DNA of 64,000 nt from an uncultured bacterium (lineage in GTDB: Bacteria; Chloroflexota; UBA5177; JANWHV01). The first letter of the stretch is position 1; the number at the start of each line of letters is the position of its first letter. Below, piece after piece: positions 60,120 to 64,000 of the stretch. The notes beneath the pieces are model-generated. The model worked only from the letters and a program-made list of their open reading frames with translations, ran no database searches and was not told the origin of the DNA. The position numbers were made by a program, and so were the translations under genes. Where the stretch lies: assembly GCA_963827235.1 (NCBI GenBank), contig CAWHAE010000012.1, forward strand, positions 960,001-1,024,000. The letters run 5' to 3'.

Positions 60120-60642
60120 GATCGAAGTCCTTTCTCCGGACGCGGCTGTGCCGTCCGTCACCGTCACTCTACTGCTCCCGCGGGGCCCTGTCCACTGCTC
60201 GGCGGGCCACGCAGGCAACGCCCGGCCGGGTCTTTGACCCGCACGTACCCGGCTGCGGTGCCGATCGGGAGGCACTCGACATAACGTGGTAGGATTGATC
60301 CGGCGTCTCGAGAGAACATTTGAGACGGGTAGGGCACCGGTGCGAGGTGCGCCGTGTGGGTAGCACCGCGCCGGAGTCCGCGGAACGATCTACCTCCGCC
60401 TCCACCGCCCCGCCCCGCCCACGTTCTCGTTCGACAGCGACGGCGGCGTACAGGTGGTTTGCACGATGATGCTTCCGCCATCGACCTCGACCGGGACCGG
60501 CGCCCACGGGCGTCTACCGATATTCGATATCAGCGTGTCCGTGACGAGATAGACGCTCGCTGGAGCAATCACTGGTCCCTGGACGATATGCTGTAACCTC
60601 CACTGCAGACAACTACTCTGCGAGAAGATAAGGCTGTGTACG

Positions 60643-61701
60643 ATGCCCCATGAGACGATGACGCCGCGCGAGCGCTGGCTCGCCGTATTGCGCCACGAGA
60701 AACCCGACCGCGTGCCCATGGACTACTGGAGCACGCCGGAATTCGAGCAGAAGCTGCTCCGGCACCTGCAATGCAGTGATGCGCGCACCATGCTCAAGAC
60801 CCTGCACGTAGACTGTCCAGTAACCGTGGCGCCGCGCTACGCCGGACCGCCGCTTGAACCCGGCACCGACGTCTACGGCATCCGCTACACCGACGTCAAC
60901 TACGGCGATGGATCGTACGCGGAAGCGACAGTGCCGCCGCTCGCCGGGTACGCCGCCGTGGAAGAGATCGAGGCAGGCTACCGCTGGCCGAGCGCCGACT
61001 GGTGGGAGTACGGCGACCTGGCTCAGCAGCTGGTGGGGTTTGAGGAGTATCCCGTGCGAGGCGGCGGATCCGAGCCGTTCTTGACCTACGCCGAGCTGCG
61101 TGGGCGCGAGCAGGCTTATCTCGATCTTGTGGAGAACCCCGACATCGTCGAGTACTGCCTGGGCAAGCTGTTCGACCTCGCCTACCAGAACACCCAGCGC
61201 ATCCTGGAGACGCTGCCGGGCAAGGTCACGATCTGCTACGTGGCGGAAGATCTGGGCGGGCAGACGAACCTGCTCTACTCGCCAGCGCACATCCGCAGGT
61301 ACCTGTTCCCGGGCATGAAACGGATGATCGATCTCGCGCACCAGGCCGGAGCCTATGTCTTCCATCACGACGACGGCAACATCACACGCATATTGCCGGA
61401 GCTCATCGATCTCGGCATCGACATCCTGAACCCGGTCCAGTGGCGTGCCGCGGGCATGGAGCGCCGGTCGCTCAAGTCGAAGTACGGGAGCCGCATCGCC
61501 TTCCACGGCGCAGTGGACAACCAGTACACACTGCCCTTCGGCTCGGTCGACGAGGTCCGCGAGGAGGTGCGAGACAACTTGCGCGTGCTGGGCGACGGGG
61601 GCGGCTACATCCTGGCCCCATGCCACAACCTACAGGTAGTCTCCCCGGTGGAAAACGTGGTGGAGATGTACGCGGTAGGTTACGCCGAGGGCTGGTATTA
61701 G
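60643..61701 (+). CDS. Uroporphyrinogen decarboxylase (URO-D/CIMS-like) family protein
   Basis: MTPRERWL..EKPDRVP, LRGRE, EDLG.Q, HDDG, NPVQ, FHGAVD.Q..LP.G, GGYILAPCH. Confidence 0.92.
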   Translation: MPHETMTPRERWLAVLRHEKPDRVPMDYWSTPEFEQKLLRHLQCSDARTMLKTLHVDCPVTVAPRYAGPPLEPGTDVYGIRYTDVNYGDGSYAEATVPPLAGYAAVEEIEAGYRWPSADWWEYGDLAQQLVGFEEYPVRGGGSEPFLTYAELRGREQAYLDLVENPDIVEYCLGKLFDLAYQNTQRILETLPGKVTICYVAEDLGGQTNLLYSPAHIRRYLFPGMKRMIDLAHQAGAYVFHHDDGNITRILPELIDLGIDILNPVQWRAAGMERRSLKSKYGSRIAFHGAVDNQYTLPFGSVDEVREEVRDNLRVLGDGGGYILAPCHNLQVVSPVENVVEMYAVGYAEGWY

Positions 61702-61713
61702 CCGCTCCAGGTC

Positions 61714-61860
61714 GACACCTTTGCCGCGGTGGCTCCCGATCTGGTCGTCGAGACCGCATCTCGAGCGCAGCACCGGCCGGCGATGCACGCCAGGGCGCGC
61801 TCTGGGCGGAGGGTCGTGCGCGGATGCCGTGAGTGATCCGGCCGCGCCGGCGCGCAAGCG
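61714..61860 (+). pseudogene. Uma2/DUF820 endonuclease-family fragment
   Basis: FAAVAPDLVVETAS..Q.RP.M..RAR, then after a frameshift WAEGRARMP*VIRPRRR. This matches an eroded 'APDLVVEV.S...W...G.RLVWVIWP' motif. Confidence 0.55.
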
Positions 61861-62202
61861 CCGTCTGGCTGCGGGCAAGTCATGAGCCACGGGCGACTCT
61901 GAGCGCCGGCGATGCGATAGGCGTCGAGGGCGTAGAGCCCGGCTTCGGCTTTCCGCTATCCAGGCTGCTCCACTGACGGCGACCCCTGACTTTCGCCCGA
62001 TGACGAGCCGTGCTACCCTGCACACCGGCAGCGTGCGTAGCTGCTCGCCGGCCCAGGTGCCGGTACAGTGAATGTGACGTCGGACCGAAGGTGGCAGAGG
62101 CGTGGCGTGCCGTTTCCGCGTGGAGAAGGTACCCGAGCAGCGAGTCGCGGTGTCACGCTACGCCCACGAGATATTCGCAGCAGTTTGCGGGAGGCACCGA
62201 GT

Positions 62203-64000
62203 ATGGATGGCCTGACAATTCCCGAGGCCGCGGACCTGCTGGGCGTGCGCAAGAAGACGGTACGCAGCCGGATCAAGGACGGCACCTACAAAGCGCTGAA
62301 GGTCGCGACCCCGGACGGCGAGAAGTACGTCGTGGATCCGGCTTCCTTGTCCGCCGACCTCCCGCCCGAGCCGCCGGCTGCGGAAGCCGGGCTGCGAGCG
62401 GACACCGAGACCCGCGCGAGCAGCGACGAGCCTCGCCGGGATGAGCCGTGGATTCGGGAGCTTCTCGCTCCGTTCATCGCCGAGCTGGGCACCGTGCGCG
62501 AGGAACTGGGACGCGAGCGGGAGCGCAGCGAGAGGGCGGAGCGAGAGCACACCGCCCTTGCCACGGGCGCAGCGCCGGTGGCGGAGCAGCAAGACCGAGC
62601 CGAGCGCGCCGAGGCCGAAGCCCGCCGCCTGGCCGAGACGCTCGACGAGCTGCGGCGCCGCCACCAGTCTGCGATGGCCGATATGGACCAACTGCGCGGC
62701 CAGGCCGAGCACGCGGAGGAAGAGCGCCGCCGGCTGACTGCAGCGCTCGAGGAGCGCGGGAGTACCGTGTCCACGCCGGACATCGGCGAGTTCGGCGGGC
62801 CGGCGGAGAGCGTGGCAGGCGATCTGGAGCGCCTTGCCGAGCAGCTCGAGGAGCAGAGGCAGGCCCGAGAGTCGGCGCTCTCCGACATAGAGGATCTGCG
62901 GGACCGCGCCGAGAGTGCCGAAGCGGCGCAGCAGCGCGCCGCCGGGCTACTCGAGGAGCAGAGCCGTCTGTATGAAGCCGCCGTCTCGGAGCTGGAGGAT
63001 CTGCGCGGCCGCTCCGACCGGGCCGACGCCGAGCATCAGCGGCTGAGCGAGCTGCTGGAGGGACAACGACAGGCCGGCGATGCCTCTTTGGCCGACATCA
63101 CGAGTCTGCGCGAGCGGGCCGAGCGAGCCGAAGAAGAGTCCCGGCAGCTGGCCGGTGTCGTCGACGATCAGCGACGCAGCTACGAGACGGCGCTGGCGGA
63201 CCTCGACGTGTTGCGCGAAAGGTCCGAGCACGCAGAGGCCGAGTGCCGGCGTCTCAGCGAGCTTGCCGACGAGCGTCAGCGCGCGCATGAGGAATTGAGC
63301 GTCCAGCTCACGGAGCTACACGATCGGGCCGAGGCCGAGTGCCGGCGTCTCGGCGAGCTTGCCGGCGAGCGGCAGCGGTCGTATGAGCAGGCGGGCGCGC
63401 AGCTCACGGAGCAACGCGATCGCGCCGAGCGCGCCGACGCGGAGTGCCGGCGCCTGGCTGAGTTGGTCGAGGAGCGGCAGCGTGCGCATGGCGAAGCAAG
63501 CGCGCAGCTCGCGGAGCACCGCGAGCGGGCTGAACGCGCCGAAGCCGAGTGCCGGCGTTTGAGCGGACTGGGCGAGGAGCGGCAGCGCGCGCATGACGAA
63601 GCAAGCGCGCAGCTTGCGGAGCACCGCGAGCGGGCCGAACGCGCCGAAGGCGAGTGCCGGCGTTTGAGCGGGCTGGGCGAGGAGCGCCAGCGCGCGCAGG
63701 AGGAAGTGAGCGCGCAGCTCGCGGAACAGCGTGAAAGGGTTGGGCGGGTCGAAGCCGAGTGCCGGCGTTTGAGCGGGCTGGGCGAGGAGCGCCAGCGCGC
63801 GCACGACGAGACGAGTGCGCAGCTCGCGGAGCAGCGCGAAAGGGTTGAGCGGGTCGAGGCCGACTGCCAACGGCTGACCGCGCTGGCCGAAGAGCGACGG
63901 CGAGCGCACGAGGAAGTGAGCGCGCAGCTCACGGAGCAACGCGAGCGAGCCGATCGAGCCGAGGCCGAATGCCAGCGGCTGGCCGCGGTGGCCGAGGAGC
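62203..64000 (+). CDS. HTH (excisionase/MerR-like) protein with a long repetitive coiled coil; 3' end runs off the window
   Basis: Not in the ORF track. GGGAGG RBS; MDGLTIPEAADLLGVRKKTVRSRIKDG..KA.K, then an E/R/A-rich coiled coil; at least 599 codons. Confidence 0.88.
   Translation, partial: MDGLTIPEAADLLGVRKKTVRSRIKDGTYKALKVATPDGEKYVVDPASLSADLPPEPPAAEAGLRADTETRASSDEPRRDEPWIRELLAPFIAELGTVREELGRERERSERAEREHTALATGAAPVAEQQDRAERAEAEARRLAETLDELRRRHQSAMADMDQLRGQAEHAEEERRRLTAALEERGSTVSTPDIGEFGGPAESVAGDLERLAEQLEEQRQARESALSDIEDLRDRAESAEAAQQRAAGLLEEQSRLYEAAVSELEDLRGRSDRADAEHQRLSELLEGQRQAGDASLADITSLRERAERAEEESRQLAGVVDDQRRSYETALADLDVLRERSEHAEAECRRLSELADERQRAHEELSVQLTELHDRAEAECRRLGELAGERQRSYEQAGAQLTEQRDRAERADAECRRLAELVEERQRAHGEASAQLAEHRERAERAEAECRRLSGLGEERQRAHDEASAQLAEHRERAERAEGECRRLSGLGEERQRAQEEVSAQLAEQRERVGRVEAECRRLSGLGEERQRAHDETSAQLAEQRERVERVEADCQRLTALAEERRRAHEEVSAQLTEQRERADRAEAECQRLAAVAEE
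63031..64000 (+). repeat. 105-bp (35-aa) coding tandem repeat
   Basis: Equivalent codons (GAGTGCCGGCG core or variants) at 63031, 63136, 63241, 63337, 63442, 63547, 63652, 63757, 63862 and 63967. One unit is 96 bp. Confidence 0.9.

Noticed and set aside
63031-64000. Regular repeats as a CRISPR array
   Set aside because: Units are 105-bp in-frame coding repeats without unique spacers, and there are no cas genes.
1-64000. Numerous long antisense or alternate-frame ORFs rich in Arg/Pro/Ala
   Set aside because: Shadow ORFs expected at high GC, overlapping better-supported genes.

Overview
GC-rich bacterial genomic window, most likely Chloroflexota, judged from the Chloroflexi-type 'YFP.T.H.....F..YW....LG.P..EP' surface repeats in the 7.5-9.8 kb gene. 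I saw no rRNA, tRNA or CRISPR array. The first ~45 kb is an accessory, partly decaying region. It holds secreted beta-propeller and fibre-like proteins (SBBP, two 14-repeat Cys-paired BNR/YCF48-like proteins, LCCL, collagen-like, phage-tail-collar), two YbjQ-type genes and a divergent RsmG paralogue. It also holds an XRE-TIR-STAND-TM-WD40 receptor with a headless frameshifted paralogue, an AHL-lactonase, an MFS pump, an ABC exporter, an MCP-derived histidine kinase, a mini IS4/IS50 element and many gene relics. From 45.6 to 57 kb is a compact catabolic operon: Opp/Dpp ABC subunits without an ATPase, a 1299-aa M14 peptidase and hydantoinase/oxoprolinase A+B. The end carries sodA, a PNPOx-like gene, a UroD-family gene and an HTH protein with a 35-aa-repeat coiled coil that runs off the window. 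The strongest non-coding signal is three promoters in front of secreted-protein genes or their relics that share exactly phased GCACAAGA/TGCAAGA boxes (44 bp, 11 bp, then 9 bp to the -10), an apparent SARP/OmpR-style regulon. A 4 x 11-bp heptamer array also lies in front of the STAND receptor. All calls come from reading motifs by eye; no database searches were run.
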